Assembly: GCA_964016885.1 (NCBI GenBank)
Contig: OZ024741.1
Coordinates: forward strand, 44,454,001-44,518,000
DNA from: Eledone cirrhosa
Lineage: Eukaryota
Direction of reading: 5' to 3'
Length of the DNA: 64,000 nucleotides
The notes under the pieces are model-generated. The model did no database searches, was not told the DNA's origin, and was given only the letters and a program-made list of their open reading frames with translations. The number at the start of each line of letters is the position of its first letter. Position 1 is the stretch's first letter. Of the stretch, positions 45,543 to 60,129 are shown one piece after another. A program made the translations under genes and the position numbers.

Positions 45543-45975
45543 GTATCGGTTTACAGAACATTTATTATAATGCTCGGTTTATTTGTAAACAAACAAACAG
45601 CCCGAATTACGCCGTACAGTGTTTAGGCAAGTACGTCACCTTTTTGTTCAACACAGCCAGATGGTTGAACGTCTGAAAGTACATACTTTCCTTATGCATA
45701 TTAACGGCTGAACAGCATAATTTGCATATCGAGTGAGTTTAGTCGGCCGGGCGCACCGAAAGCGATACATGGAATAGAATGAAACGAAATTTCATTTCTC
45801 ACTGTACGGCGTAATTCGGGCTGTTTTTTTGTTTACAAACAAACCGAGCATTATAATAAATGTTCGGTAAACCGATACGTGCTTATATATATATATGTGT
45901 GCATGTATGTATATATATACATACTACTGTACGTCTGTATACATATATGTATGTACGTATACATACATACATACT
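45320..45975 (-). mobile_element. Copy of the 420 bp-unit family (minus strand 45320-45802) with an inverted partial copy (45802-45975); HHR module missing
   Basis: Reverse complement of 23625-24070 except that the HHR hairpin is absent. Confidence 0.75.
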
Positions 45976-46057
45976 TACAATATATAATTATATATATATA
46001 TAAATATATATGTATATATATATGTATATATAAATATATATATATATGTATATATAA

Positions 46058-46090
<33 letters not shown>

Positions 46091-46139
46091 TATATAAATA
46101 TATATATATGTATATATATATATATGTATATATATATAA

Positions 46140-46170
<31 letters not shown>

Positions 46171-46329
46171 AATATATATATATATAAGTATATCTATATA
46201 TATACATAAGTATATCTATATATATATACATAAGTATATCTATATATATAAGTAGATCTATATATGTAAATATATATATATAAATGCATTAATAGACTTG
46301 TATATATAAACGGGATTAATAGACTTGAA

Positions 46330-48243
46330 TCTAATAAGTTTATCCAATTCGATATTGATGCCTACTACACATCAATTTCACCCATCCTCCTCAATAAAGA
46401 TTTAATGTTGGCCATGAGAGTGTCCAGCCTTACAAGATCACAGGTAGATATTATACTAGCAGCCCGTAAAACTATTATTAAATTTGAGGACACATTTTGG
46501 ACCCGTAAAAACACGCCCAATAATTTGGACGTTACAATGTGTTCGAGTGATTCGGCCCAGGTTACTGATCTTGTTGGGTTGTTCCTCCTTAATGAACTAT
46601 ATGCTACCTTCCCGCACCTTATAGGCGGACTATATCGTGATGATGCATTGTTTGTAATTAACTCTAGCACCAACAATGTAGAACATAATAAGAAGAAGCT
46701 TTATAAGTTTTTTAAAAGCTATAACCTTTCGATCACGATAGATAGAAATGATAGAGCGGTTAACTTTTTAGATGTGACTTTGGACTTGGTCACTAATAGT
46801 TTTAAACCGTTCCATAAGCCTAATGAAATACTTTCTTATGTTAGTCCTTATTCTAACCACCCCAAGTCTATGATAAGCTCTATAATTAAGGGTGTATCTA
46901 ATAGGATTTCCACACTCTCTAAGGACGTAGGAACATTCAATGAACATGCGGAGTACTATAATAATGCCCTAGCAAATTCAGGTTACTCTAGTAAAATACA
47001 CTATAATAATAGTAACCTTAGAAAGTCTCCGTCTACTTTTAATAATAATAACATAATATCACATAACATGGCCATGAAGGGGAGTAGCAAACATAGTAAC
47101 CGTAAAAATTATATAGGTGTATCTGAACCCATCCATAAGTTAACCCACCGGACTGGTAATAGTGAATAAAATACCTCTAGGAAACAAGTTGAACCCCCTG
47201 AGCGCTACCACATTGGTGATAATTTTGCTGGATTTTATTCTAATAATGTTTCTCCTACTGATCCTATCATTGGCCCTAATCCTTATGATGGGATTCCGGA
47301 CAGCAGCAGATCTACTGGAGGTAGAAACTGTAATAGACTTAACGAAATTTTGGCTGATTCTATGAATGCGGCTTTAACTAATCCTTGTAGTAACCCTAGT
47401 CTCGATGGTGGGATATTTGATAATGGTAGAGTCGGTAAGAATAAACATAGAAGGCGATTAAATACTTATTTTAACCCGCCATATAATCAGGAAGTATCAA
47501 CTAATATCCCTAGGTCTTTCTTCTCTATCTTAGAGAAAAATGTCCCCCCTTCTCATAAATACCATAGTATTTTTAATAAAAATGTTATTAAACTTTCATT
47601 CTCTACCACCCCTAATATTAGTTCTCATTTAGCTAGCACTAACAATAGGAAAATTAGGGATGGATTCTCCTCTCTACATACTACTAGTCTGAACAGATCT
47701 GGCAATGCATTACCACCAGAACAGTCCTTATCTAATAGCAATCCTACGTGTAATGCATCACCACTTGAGCCAACCAATAACACCCGGAAGTGCAATTGTA
47801 GAGTGAGTGCTAACTGCTCTTTAAACGGTAACTGCCTTTCTAAGAACATTGTCTATGCTTGCGAAGTTATAACTAATTCCTCTAATAGCACTTATATAGG
47901 CTCTACATCTAACACTTTTAAGACTAGGTTTAACTCTCATATCTCTAATTTCAAGCATGTTAAGTTTAAGAATTCTACTTCTTTCTACATTATATCTGGG
48001 ATCTTAAGGGAGCTAATATACCATATAGCCTTAACTGGCGTTTAGTAGCACGCTCTAACCACCTTTCTACACATACTAAGTTTTGTAATCTCTGTATCCT
48101 CGAGACACACTCTATAATCTTCTCTAGCGCATCCTTACTTAATAGAAATTCTGAGATATTCTCTTCTTGCCCCCACGCTATTTCTAATTCATACTTTTAT
48201 TATAAACCTAAACGTTCTAGTAGTACAAATTGTACCCATTAGC
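46330..48243 (+). pseudogene. PLE-B RT plus GIY-YIG ORF, disrupted
   Basis: FIQFDIDAYYTSI, LDVTMCSSDSAQVTDLVGLFLL, GGLYRDDAL, VNFLDVTLDL, PFHKPN, SNHP, YFNPPY, CNCRVSANCSLNGNC..NIVY..YIGSTSNTFKTRFNSH, CNLC..E..LNRNSEIFSSCPH. Confidence 0.88.
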
Positions 48244-50042
48244 TGACATATTCCATTAATTATTTTTTAGTTTAGGTTCTTTTGTTTGCCAACATTATTA
48301 TTATCATCATTATTATCATTGGTTTTTGATGACTCTTTATTCTAGCTCTCATAATCTTTTGGCTACTGTACCATATCTATCTTCTTACGCATTAAATTTT
48401 CACTATTACACCTTATGAATGTATATAAGATTATATATTTTACGCTATTTATTTTATTTTATTCTTATTTTTATTTTTTATTTTTATTCGGACTCTTCTT
48501 TGGAACCCCCCCCCCCCCCATGCGCACATAAACTTATTATCAACCCCTCCAAATTGACTATGATTATATTTACCCCCCCTCTTTTACGCTCCTTTTTATT
48601 ATGTAATATAGTATATCGACTATTTTTTATGCCCCTTTGCATCCTCCATATATTTCTTCATTTCTGTCCCTATTAGCCTACCTTAATTCTGCTTAAGTCA
48701 GTTCTTTCGATATCGTTATGTATATGATAGTAAAAAAATTTTCATTCCTTTTTGTAAACATTTGTAACGGAATATTAACGTTTATAAACTTTAATGACTT
48801 AAACTATAGCTAATATTATACTGCCTTATTGGATAGTTTAAATATTTTTAATATTAATTTATCAAATAGGGTTTTTGAGTCATTTACAGGGGTTGTTTCC
48901 TTAGTTTTTGCTTAACTACTTAACTGCATGTGCGACCTAAATGTATACGTTTGTTTTTGTTTTTTAATTTTTTAATTTCCGGTTGATTCTATTTATTTAT
49001 TTTATTCTATATTTTATATTTTATATTTTATTTGTAATACTACTGTGCATTATATTTACTGTCTGGCACTTACTCACTCATCCATATACATGTCTGTCTA
49101 CCAACCTTGTAATTTAAGTAATTATGTATTATATTATGTTAATTTATTTTATATAATATATCATATTATATTGTATTTTTTATTGTAATATTGATCCTTA
49201 TTACTTACCGTTAATTATATGTAACATTATGATATGTTAAACTTTATATATCATGTAAGATGTCTGTACTTTTGTACCATCAAAATTTTTTTGGCGTATT
49301 GTACAATTTATTTTTCCTCACCTACTCTGTAACCCAGTATGAATTGATTTGTTAACTTCAGTACCATTATATATTGTTTATTATTAATGTTAGTATATTG
49401 TATATTATAAATATTATTATTATATTATTATTGTGACATCTATATTGTTTGTGTAAATTAACCGGAGATTATCTATTCTATTATATTGTATTATATAGTA
49501 TATAATTGTATTATTTATTATTTATTATATGTGCTACATATAATTATATCATATTATTACCTCATGTATATTGGGTAGATGTATTAGTATTATTATTATT
49601 ATTATTTTCATTCCTATCATGCTTATTTTTATATTCAAACTCTTAATAAGGTTTAATTTGTGCAGTTGAAGATGGATGTGTGTATTGTTGTATGTGTATG
49701 TGTGTGTACGTGTGCGCACATATATACATATGCATATTGCACCTTTTGATTTTTATTGTAATTTTAATGTTGGTAAAGGTATATTATATTATATTATATT
49801 ATATTACATTGTATTATATATAATTCCTGCTCTATATAACCACCTTTATTTAGCTCTAGGTTTTTTTTGCTTTGGACTATATTTGTAATATGGTTCTTAA
49901 CGTTATATCCATCCTAAGTAATTTTTATTATATATTTTTATTATTTTTATTATATATTTTTGCAATACTTTAGTGTATGTACATTCCCTATTCTTCGGAG
50001 CTTCCGGCTTGTATCTGCCGATATTACTTCTTGTTGTTTTAA

Positions 50043-50085
50043 TTGACCTGATGAGTCCTTAATAGGACGAAACATTGTCGGCTAA
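50043..50085 (+). ncRNA. Minimal type I hammerhead ribozyme (PLE-B 3' pLTR)
   Basis: CTGATGA-GTCC ttaata GGAC-GAAAC ATT GTC; perfect core and helix II, imperfect helix I. Confidence 0.75.
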
Positions 50086-50177
50086 TAAAGACTTTTGATG
50101 TATTGAAGGCTTCTTTGTTTTACTCGCTTAATTATATATAAATGTATATATCTTTATATATAAAAATATATATAAAT

Positions 50178-50357
50178 ATACTTGGGGAGGGTCATATTTG
50201 TGTAATATAAAAGACACAGAATCGAAAAGCGAAAACCAACTAAACAGTGAGTGTGTTCTGTTATTAATTCAGGCAATATTACACAAATATGACCCTCCCC
50301 AAGTATAACAATATTTGTTTCGACACACGATTTATTATCAAAAACCTCGCTAAACTA
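50178..50357 (+). mobile_element. pLTR tail of a PLE-A-related subfamily with a short inverted repeat
   Basis: ATGACCCTCCCCAAGTATAACAATATTTGTTTCGACACACGATTT ([15 protein letters not shown]); inverse TATACTTGGGGAGGGTCATATTTGTGTAATAT at the left end. Confidence 0.7.
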
Positions 50358-50560
50358 TATAAATATACATATATATATATATATAAATATACATATATAT
50401 ATAAATGTATATATATATATATAAATGAATATATATATATAAATTTATATATACATATATATATAAATGTATATACATATATATATATAAATGAATATAT
50501 ATATATAAATGTATATATACATATATATATATATATAAATGTATATATATATATACATAA

Positions 50561-50598
<38 letters not shown>

Positions 50599-50730
50599 GT
50601 GATGTTTTTTTTACAAAATGAAAAATAACCGAGGTGTCCTACACGAGTGAAAGTATAAAGAAAAAAAGGATGAAATCAAAAATGCAACTGGAGTCTTATT
50701 TAAACATATATATATATATTTATTTGGTTC

Positions 50731-50766
50731 CTTTACCGGTTTCGCAGTTCTTCTGCTTTTCAAAAG
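50731..50766 (-). ncRNA. Minimal hammerhead ribozyme, U3:A8 variant
   Basis: CTT-TTGAAAA-GCAG aagaa CTGC-GAAAC CG GTA-AAG. Confidence 0.65.
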
Positions 50767-50969
50767 TAGAGTTGAGATGGAGGGACTGTCATTTTTCTCA
50801 CATCTGGTTGGTCTTTGAATGATACTTGTTTTATATGGAAAAAAGTGGCTCGAAACGCCAGATTTTTAGAGAACCTGGCGTTTCGACCCACATTTTTCCA
50901 TATAAAACAAGTAAGATTCAAAGACAAACCAGATGTGAGAAAAACTACAGACCCTCCACGTCAAGTCTA

Positions 50970-51005
50970 CTTTTGAAAAGCAGAAGAACTGCGAAACCGG
51001 TAAAG
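50970..51005 (+). ncRNA. Minimal hammerhead ribozyme, U3:A8 variant
   Basis: CTT-TTGAAAA-GCAG aagaa CTGC-GAAAC CG GTA-AAG; ACCGGT palindrome. Confidence 0.65.
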
Positions 51006-51121
51006 GAACCAAATAAATATATATACTTTTTAAAAATAAGACTCCTGTTGCATTTTCGATTTCATCCTTTTTTCTTTATATATTTATATATATATTTATA
51101 TATATATATATATATATATTA

Positions 51122-51924
51122 AACTCACCGATATGTTTCCTGCATTCGGCGGTGGATTGTACCATGATGATGGGGTCCTTACTCATACAGGGCACAACCA
51201 CAGTAGTACAGACGGGGTCCGTAAACAATTAATCAGCTTCTACCGCGACTGGGGATTTAAAATAACCCTACAAACGTCCCTGACCCGAGTAAACATCCTG
51301 GACGTTACTCTTGACCTCGATAATGATCTGTACTACCCATACAGGAAACCCAACGACAACCTGCACCACATCCACCGCCGGTCAAACCATCCTAGGAACT
51401 AACCTGGTTAAAAACATCTCCCTCCGCATATCTCGTTTGTCCGCTGATGAGCAGATATTCAAGGAACATGCGCCCTATTACAACCAGGCCCTCAAGCGGA
51501 GTAGTTTCCGGGAGGAAATATCCTACTGTCCAGCTTCCATTAGCGGCACCAGCAGGCGACACCGCCGCTCACGCAATGTAACATGGTTCAATCCTTCCCA
51601 CAACGCCGAGGTGACAACTCCTATAGGGAAAATCTTCTTTAGGCTCATTGAAAAACACTTCCCACTACAACACCGCTACCACAACATAATTAACAAAAAT
51701 ACCATCAAACTCTGCTACAGCACCACACCAAACTTTGCACAAAACATCGTCTCCTCTAACAACAAAAAACTCAACCCCTATGGAAGAAATAACCTAAATA
51801 GCAGTGGAGAGCCGACTAGGAGGTGCAACTGTCCTGATGGATCCATTGCCCCCTCGACAACAGATGCAGAGATCGTAATGTGATCTACCAGTGCAACGTG
51901 AGGACCGACACCTCCAACAAAGCT

Positions 51925-51925
<1 letters not shown>
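51122..51925 (+). pseudogene. Internal fragment of a third Hydra-like PLE ORF (RT C-terminal half to start of the endonuclease)
   Basis: GGGLYHDDGVL, VNILDVTLDL, PYRKPND, SNHP, RISRLS..F....YYNQALKRS, TWFNP, IKLCYSTTPN, CNC; frameshifted. Confidence 0.85.
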
Positions 51926-52714
<789 letters not shown>

Positions 52715-53527
52715 TCATATACTGATTTAGAAACTCAAAATAGTCTCTTACAATTAAATAGCTCTAAGAAAGAATTTTTTCTGTGCTGTGTAATATAATT
52801 GAACATACAATAGAGATAAACACAAATATAAACATACATGTGTTCCAATTCTAAGGGACCAGGTTTGCTAGACTGAAAAAATACTATCTCTTGTTATTCT
52901 TTTTCTTGATTTACTACTTTAAATTAAGTCTGGCAAACCATATTGTTAGAGTTTGTATTTTTTCACCCTCGCAAACCTGATCCTTTACAATTCGAACGCA
53001 TTTATGTTTATATATGTGTTTATCTCTCTTGTATGTTCAATTATATTACACGGCTCAGAAAAACTTCTTTTTTAGAGCTATTTAATTATAAGAGACTATT
53101 CTGAGTTTCTAACCCAGTATATGATTGTCGGCTCTGTCTCGTTGAGCTAATTTAAATTTCCTGTAAACCAGGCTGTTATTTTTAGCGGCATACGTATTCG
53201 AGACAAGCTAGGCTCCGAAGACATGTTCGTTATTTCATATCGCACACAATTCAGTCTACTCAGATTTTTAGAAGTAGAAAAGTCGCTAATTTTTACACCT
53301 ACTGATAAGGAGTTAATATAATTTTGCGAACAGTTTCTATAACTGTCTAGATATTTTCAGGCAGTTACCCAATATAGGTTTGTTATTCTTTTTCTTGATT
53401 TATTACTTTAGATTAAGTCTGGCAAATCATATTGTTAGAGTTAGTATCTTTTCACACTAGCAAACCTGGTTCTTTACAATTCGAACACATTTATGTTTAT
53501 ATTTGTGGTTATCTCTCTTGTAAGTTC

Positions 53528-53532
<5 letters not shown>
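52715..53532 (+). mobile_element. Older non-coding element: 489 bp-period direct repeat plus an inverted 5' segment, with a decayed HHR
   Basis: 52891-53044 matches 53380-53532; 52715-52885 is the inverse of 52955-53125; HHR-like CTA-CTGATAA-..-GA(A)-ACAGTT tctat AACTGT-C-TAG at 53299-53350. Confidence 0.6.
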
Positions 53533-53589
<57 letters not shown>

Positions 53590-53592
<3 letters not shown>

Positions 53593-53994
53593 GTTATGCA
53601 AGAAATGCTTAAGATTATCCTGAATGTAGTAATGGTTAATTACTACACTAGATAGAGTCGACGTACGGTGAGGGGTTACTCAACGAGTTACAAATGAACA
53701 GTTAAAGAAACTTGGTTTCCGATTCTTCTATATTCCGGAGTATAGATAAAGAATGATTAATAAAACAGGTAGACATCAAAGGTAATTTATTCCAAGTGTT
53801 TACAAATATTTCTTTAGTAGTTACACAGCCTAGTCATGATATATGAAACATTGGTAGTTATTATTTTGTAGATACTCAATTTTCAATGCTGTTCGCACCA
53901 CCAAATCTTCAGAACGACTGGCTGAATCATGGTTTCTTTTTATTTCTTAAAGGGAGTAATTGGGGAAGATAGAGTAGAAAAGGAAGAGGGGAAA

Positions 53995-54038
<44 letters not shown>

Positions 54039-54731
54039 GGAGATAGAGAGATATATAGGGGTAGGAGAAATGGGAGAGAGTGGTTTGAAGAATACAGTTA
54101 GCTTAATCTAAATGTTGTGATAGGGGTCCAACAAGTTGTTTTATTATATTGCTTACTCTCAAAGTGACAACTTAGGCATTGTGTTGATAACATCAAGTTT
54201 GGAATTATTTATTGCTACAGAGAGCAGGTTAATAGATGTAGAGAAGGAGGGAGATAGAGAGAGAGAGAGCGAGAGAGAGAGAGGGGGGGACAAAGAAAAG
54301 TTAAGAGAAGGGGAAGGAAAGGCGATATACACCGAGTTGATAGTTGTAGTGTGCTGATCGTACTTAAGTATCCATATATTACGATAAGCAAGGTACTGGT
54401 TAGTAGTGTGGGGGGGGGGTATAGTTAGGAAGTAACTATTGAGTGAAATTAGTTAGCGAGAAAGTGGTGTACTTTTATAGTGAGAAAATTTGTAGTTGCG
54501 GTATAACGATCGTTCGATTCTGTCATTTAGTAAATTGTTTTTAGATTTCAAAATATAAAAAAGTTCAAGGTTGCACAATCTGCAGTATTTTATGGACTCC
54601 GATAAATGCCTAAGTTGTCACTTTGAGAGTAAGCAGTATAATAAGACCACTTGTTGGACCCCTATCACAACATTTAGATTAAGCTATCTGTATTCTTCAA
54701 ACCACTCTCTCCCATTTCTCCTACCCATTAC

Positions 54732-54814
<83 letters not shown>

Positions 54815-55042
54815 CCCTTTCCCCCTCTTCCTTTTCTACTATATCTTCCATATAAAGAAACCACGATTCAACCATTCGTTATGAAGATTTGGTGATGCGA
54901 ACAGCATTTGAAAATTGAGTATCTGCAAATTAATAACTAGCAATTTGCATATAGCATGACTAGGGTGTGTAACTACTAAAGAAACATTTGCAAACACTTG
55001 GAATAAATTACCTTTTTATGTCTACCTGTTTTATTAATCATT

Positions 55043-55047
<5 letters not shown>
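53590..55047. mobile_element. Non-coding element with ~430 bp inverted repeats between (TA)n arrays (PLE-type tail inversion)
   Basis: 53747-54181 is the inverse of 54603-55047, including the (GA)n/(TC)n tract. Confidence 0.7.
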
Positions 55048-55113
<66 letters not shown>

Positions 55114-55277
55114 CACACACATATATATATATGTGTGTGTGTGTGTATGTGCGCGTGTGTGTATGTATGTGTTACCATACATAAGTATGTAAAAGATAAA
55201 CAGAAATAAGAACACAATCTGTACAGTATATGGAAGGAATATATACTAGGTTAACGCTTGAAATAGCAGAAAGAGTG

Positions 55278-55313
55278 TCTTAACGTTTCGGACGCAAATC
55301 CTCCATCAGAAGA
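55278..55313 (-). ncRNA. Minimal hammerhead-like motif of the pLTR type
   Basis: TCTT-CTGATGGA-GGAT ttgc GTCC-GAAACGTT-AAGA; AACGTT palindrome; non-canonical extra core nucleotide. Confidence 0.55.
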
Positions 55314-56884
55314 AAGAATGAGAAATAAGATAGATTGATGGGGCGGGTGCGGGTTGGTAATTGGAAAAATGTTTTTATAGAAAAATAACTGATCTATTCA
55401 TGTTGCCATCTTTTGGAAAACTGTTGATGCTGGTGTTTTGTGTATGATATATTTTTTTAGAATAGTGAATGATGGATGGAGTGATTTTACCTGAAATGGA
55501 AAATAAACCGTGCGCGTGGGGATGCACGCGCGCGTGTGTGTGCATCTATTTGTTATCATACGTCCGGACGAAGCTGAGAGGATAGGTATGTGTATATGAA
55601 AGTAAAAAGTGTTTGTATTCTTGTAAGTACGAAGTTATGTTAATATAAATGTGTGTGTGTGTATACAGAGGTGTGGAGGGAAAAAAGTGGAGCGTGCGTA
55701 TTTTGTTGGTTTGTATTAGGTGCAAGAGTATATGCTTCTGACCCATAAGAGAACCATGGAAATCTAGGGATGATAATACAAGCGCGTGTGTGATAACCGA
55801 CGGGGTATTAAACAAATTAGGAAGGTGGGTTGAGTCCATGAGAGAAACAGGACACAAGGCGGTAATTCAGACTTTGTTCAGTCCTGGTGCCTGGGACCTG
55901 AGATCTGTGATGTAAAAGGACACTAATCAACACCACAAGATAAAAGAGCTGCACAGAAAAGATGCTCCAAGAATTTGATCAAATATGATGAAACTGGATC
56001 ATACGATGCTGATGATGTTTAGGCTAAGATAGATAGCGATGTTACACTAGTAGTACAACGACATTTCCCCAACCCTCTGGCATATAGAGGCAAAGTTGAT
56101 AAGCACTTAGTCGAACTTTTGGTTAATGATGTTTTTTCAAATGATCTCGAACTCCAAGGAATATTTAGAATGGAACTCTAATGTAGTTATTTCTGCGGAA
56201 TGAGGTGACGGCAACAACATTCGCTTAACAGTAGACAAGTCAGGCACAACACAGATATCGAAATAATTCACTATTCTATTCCATCAATACTAGAGATCTG
56301 CGGCTCTTTAAACAGACCTGAACACTTCGGAAAATCCCTATCCGAATCATGCCTTTCAGCAAGTGTTTCCCAATAAGCTATCAATAGATTTGACAAACCT
56401 TTGCACTCGTTGTAGCATTTTCCGATTTAAGCGACTAGTTATGGATGCCTCAGCTGTGAGTGAGAAATTCCACGAGAAAATACGTCGAGCCGTTTGTGTT
56501 TTACCAGGGAAAGTCCAAATCAAAATTGATATCATTGTACATGATACAGTCCAGTAATACCATGATGAGTATTTAATGATGCTTCAGAGACTCAGTGATA
56601 TGAGTGGAATAAATCAAAAGTACTTTATTTGGGCTACAACGTTTCGGCGAAATGCGTGTCTGCAGATACTCGCCAGCTCAAAATCATCGGTCGAATTGGC
56701 TTATATGTCTAACTTGTTAGACTATTGTTCATAGACAATGAAACTGCTTTGAAGCTGTTAACTTTCAAAAAATTAAAATACATTCAATTATATAAAACAC
56801 CTCTTGAAATAGGATCGTTTATGTGCGTATGCAAGTATATGTGCGCATATGTATTTGAGTGTGCTTGTGCAAAATTGATAATGA

Positions 56885-57000
56885 TTTCTAATTTACGCAC
56901 AAGGCCAACAAATTGGGGAATGTCGAATAAATCTCCCCCTATGAGTAACTGGTATTTTAGTTTACCAACCCCGTCAGGAAAAGCTAACATTGACAGCTTG
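56885..57000 (-). mobile_element. Degenerate SINE copy
   Basis: GCACAAGGCCAACAAATTGGGG..ACTGGTATTTTA..ACCCCG..GGAAAAGCTAAC. Confidence 0.55.
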
Positions 57001-58452
57001 TGAAAAAGGGATAATAAAAAACATTTTATTTAACCTCATTCATTCCATACATGAGACATAAATGACTAATCACATTTGTTATAAACTCTTACATCTTTTC
57101 TGATACCATTTATTTTCATTCATCCTTTTTATTTACTTGCATATATTCAAAAAAGAGAGAAAGAGAAATTGAACTTCTTGAAAATGTTTTTATCTCACCA
57201 ATATAAGCGATCAATCAATTCCCGTTAACAAAATACCAATACTTATTTAAGAAATGCTACTAGTGCACAAATTATATACTACAGACTTTTTGACGTACCA
57301 CTGTATATATTTGTAAAATGTGTGGTATGTCTTCACAGATTAAGTAATGATGGAATGGTTTGTCTGTGCTTGATGGTTTATTCAACATTAACATTAATAT
57401 ATGTCATAGTCTTCAGTTTTCCAATGCCAAGAAAACAAAATTTGTTCTCACCTTTATTTATTACGTTATTTTTGAGTTTCTTCCCTATGGCAACTGGTAA
57501 AATCAATAGAATATCAGAAGGAATGTGTAGTAGTAATTTGCCGAATCTTTTTGATCTGAATACTATCCGCACCGAGGTAAACTCTGTATGTCATCACTTC
57601 GAGGACGATAAATAAAGTACCAGACCAGAAACTGGTTGGGTAGAGTTTATCAAAAAGCCATGGTATATTTACCAGATCTGTGTGTTGCGAGTTGAAATAC
57701 TGCATCCTGCCACTTATGAAGCGGCAATGTTTCTCACAGAAGTCGTCACTGGCAGATATTATCAACAATGGAAAGACAGATGGAAACAGATTAGTTGATT
57801 AATTTTGGAAATACGGCTTATTTTCTTTTCATCTTTTATCCAAGGCAAATATTCTGATAGTCTATAATTGAAATAGAAATTGAAGTTACGCCGTAAGTTC
57901 CATTTCTATTTCAAATCTAAGCTTCACTTGCTACATTCAAATCATATTTCCTTTGATAGTTTATATTTATATAACAATATATCGCACCTGTGATATAACT
58001 TCGCGGACTCGCATTTAAAGTTGTGTTTTTGCGAGAAATTACATTTAATCTATCTAAATAATTTGTTAGTGTGGTACAGCATATATCAACAAATAAGTTG
58101 ATTTTAAGCCGGTGCCTATAGACATATGTTTGATTTAGAGATTTGTAAGTTAAGCTTAGTCATACACCAATGTAAGTCTTAAAAGAACATGATTTCGTAC
58201 TATATATGAGAAACAAGGACATGCACCCCCATCAAGGTTCAAAACAACATATACATATTCTGAATACATTTAAAGTGTATAAAGAGAGTTAAACATGGAT
58301 TTTCTATTATTACCTTTGGAGTTATTTGTTGTCGATTGTTCAGCAATAACAAATATATTTTTTCGGATAGATATGTTAGATATGGTTCTGTTCAAATTGC
58401 CTAACAGTGTTGTGTATTCGTGGACAGTTCATTGGGTATCTTATTTGTGTAT

Positions 58453-58455
<3 letters not shown>

Positions 58456-58528
<73 letters not shown>

Positions 58529-58543
58529 ATGTGTGTGTGTGTG

Positions 58544-58600
<57 letters not shown>
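58456..58600. repeat. (TA)n-(GT)n compound microsatellite
   Basis: Seen directly. Confidence 0.95.
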
Positions 58601-58602
<2 letters not shown>

Positions 58603-59399
58603 ATGTGGGGTTTCTTTGTATGTGTGTGTGTTTATGTGGGGTTTCTTTCTACGTCAACGTTGATCCACCTGTGTCACATATTCTGGCTCACCAATTATGC
58701 CTGATCATTATTTTAATGGTATATGTGTTAGTGAAATACTCAACAACATTTATTAATTCATGATTTGGATGTTCTTGTGAACAAAGGAATAAATGTTCAT
58801 CCTTGAAATCGACGGAGGATCTAGCATGTATATATACATAGACACAAACGTTCATTATATATCTTACAATCCAAACAAGATTACAGATAATCAAAGCCAG
58901 AATACAAATATTTGATTAATAAAATATCGAGAAGAAGCACAACGTATATCTTGAGGCATAGAAACTCATTATACGTTTGATATTATTATATATAGCGGGA
59001 CTGAAACTAATTTGACTGAAGTGGTTTTACTCGCATTGCAACCTTCAATGTTGAATATATATTCCTTCATTCTGCTCGATGGGAAGATATACCAGTCATA
59101 TACTGTGGCGAACATAATCCACTGTATCCTTCCCTACAAATGTGTAACAATAGGATAATAATTAGAAATGTTCTTTTTACCATGATTTGTGAGGGTGTAA
59201 TAGGTTAGCAGTATCGGTATAGCGTTGGATAGCATGTTTTGCTGCATATATGAGGTTGCTTAGTTCTTTGAGGATATGTGCATGAATTTATGAAAAGACG
59301 CACTCGTCATAAGAGAAGAAAATTATTTGAAATAAAAAAAATGTCATATATAATGTTTCTTCTTTGTTTATCTACTCAATAAATCCGCCATTAGTTCGA

Positions 59400-59620
59400 T
59401 GATTGCTTCAAGACGATAGATGAACTGCTTGTATGTTCGCATCAGATGATCTTAATCTATTTTGGACATTGTGCTTATCATAATGGACGTCAGAGATAGA
59501 TATTCTAATGTGATTGCAGCGTTGTAGTCCAATGGGCTCAAATCATACGTTTTTGAGATGATAGTGGCTCATACATCTTTCGGTCGTTTTGGCCAAATGA
59601 GGCGACGCAGAGTATTGTTA
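59400..59620 (-). pseudogene. Tc1/mariner transposase C-terminal relic
   Basis: Minus strand gives PHLAK.. and DLSPLDY, similar to the SPDLNPLDY motif. Confidence 0.45.
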
Positions 59621-60129
59621 TTAAGTGTAAGAATTACTTAGCTCATTCTCTCTATCGAAGGTCTCACAACGCTCTCTAACAACAATTCCTTGTAGCAAGC
59701 TGCATTGAACCTTAAGCCTTGAAGATTGAACTGAGGTACGTTAGTTACGATTCACAGGATCATCACAGTTGCCTAAAACTGTGTATATGACTCTTTAGCG
59801 TCTCTACATAACAATCTGTCATTACATCGAGTGGCCATTTTGTCTTGATCAATGTTTTTCTTGCCAGAAAGTTTCCAAAGAATTCCAGCCTCTTAATGTT
59901 TCAGCTTCGACAACAGATACCTTTTTCGGATCAGACGATTATCGTCTGACTTTGCATTAGTGTTACTAGTATTAATATGAGAGGTGTGAGGCCAAAATAT
60001 ATAGGGTGCAGTGGTACTCCAGTAGACACACTCAACAAAGCCATATATTTGGTAACCGACGCGACAAAAGTTGCTTCAAAATGGCTTAGCTCAGAGGGCA
60101 CATCAGTGAGCGGGAGTGGGCTATTTAAG

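Larger units (their letters stand above)
46290..50135 (+). mobile_element. 5'-truncated Penelope-like element (PLE-B, Hydra-like) with a ~1.9 kb 3' UTR and terminal HHR
   Basis: RT remnant, CxCx5C linker, GIY-YIG, T-rich 3' UTR, HHR at about 50048, (TA)n on both sides. The Hydra clade label is recalled from the literature, not tested. Confidence 0.85.
50591..51080. mobile_element. Head-to-head inverted pLTR pair (imperfect palindrome centred at about 50868) of another PLE family
   Basis: 50654-50862 is the inverse of 50875-51080; a solo copy lies at 61226-61441; each arm has an HHR. Confidence 0.8.

Noticed and set aside
53860-53915. CTGAAGA...GAAA on the minus strand
   Set aside because: Helix II is not adjacent to the core, there is no helix I, and the motif is not conserved in the inverted copy (ATGAAGA).
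56630-56690. GGCGA..TCGCC-GAAACGTTGTAG on the minus strand
   Set aside because: The helix II and GAAAC half is present, but the CUGANGA strand is unrecognisable; at most a fossil pLTR.
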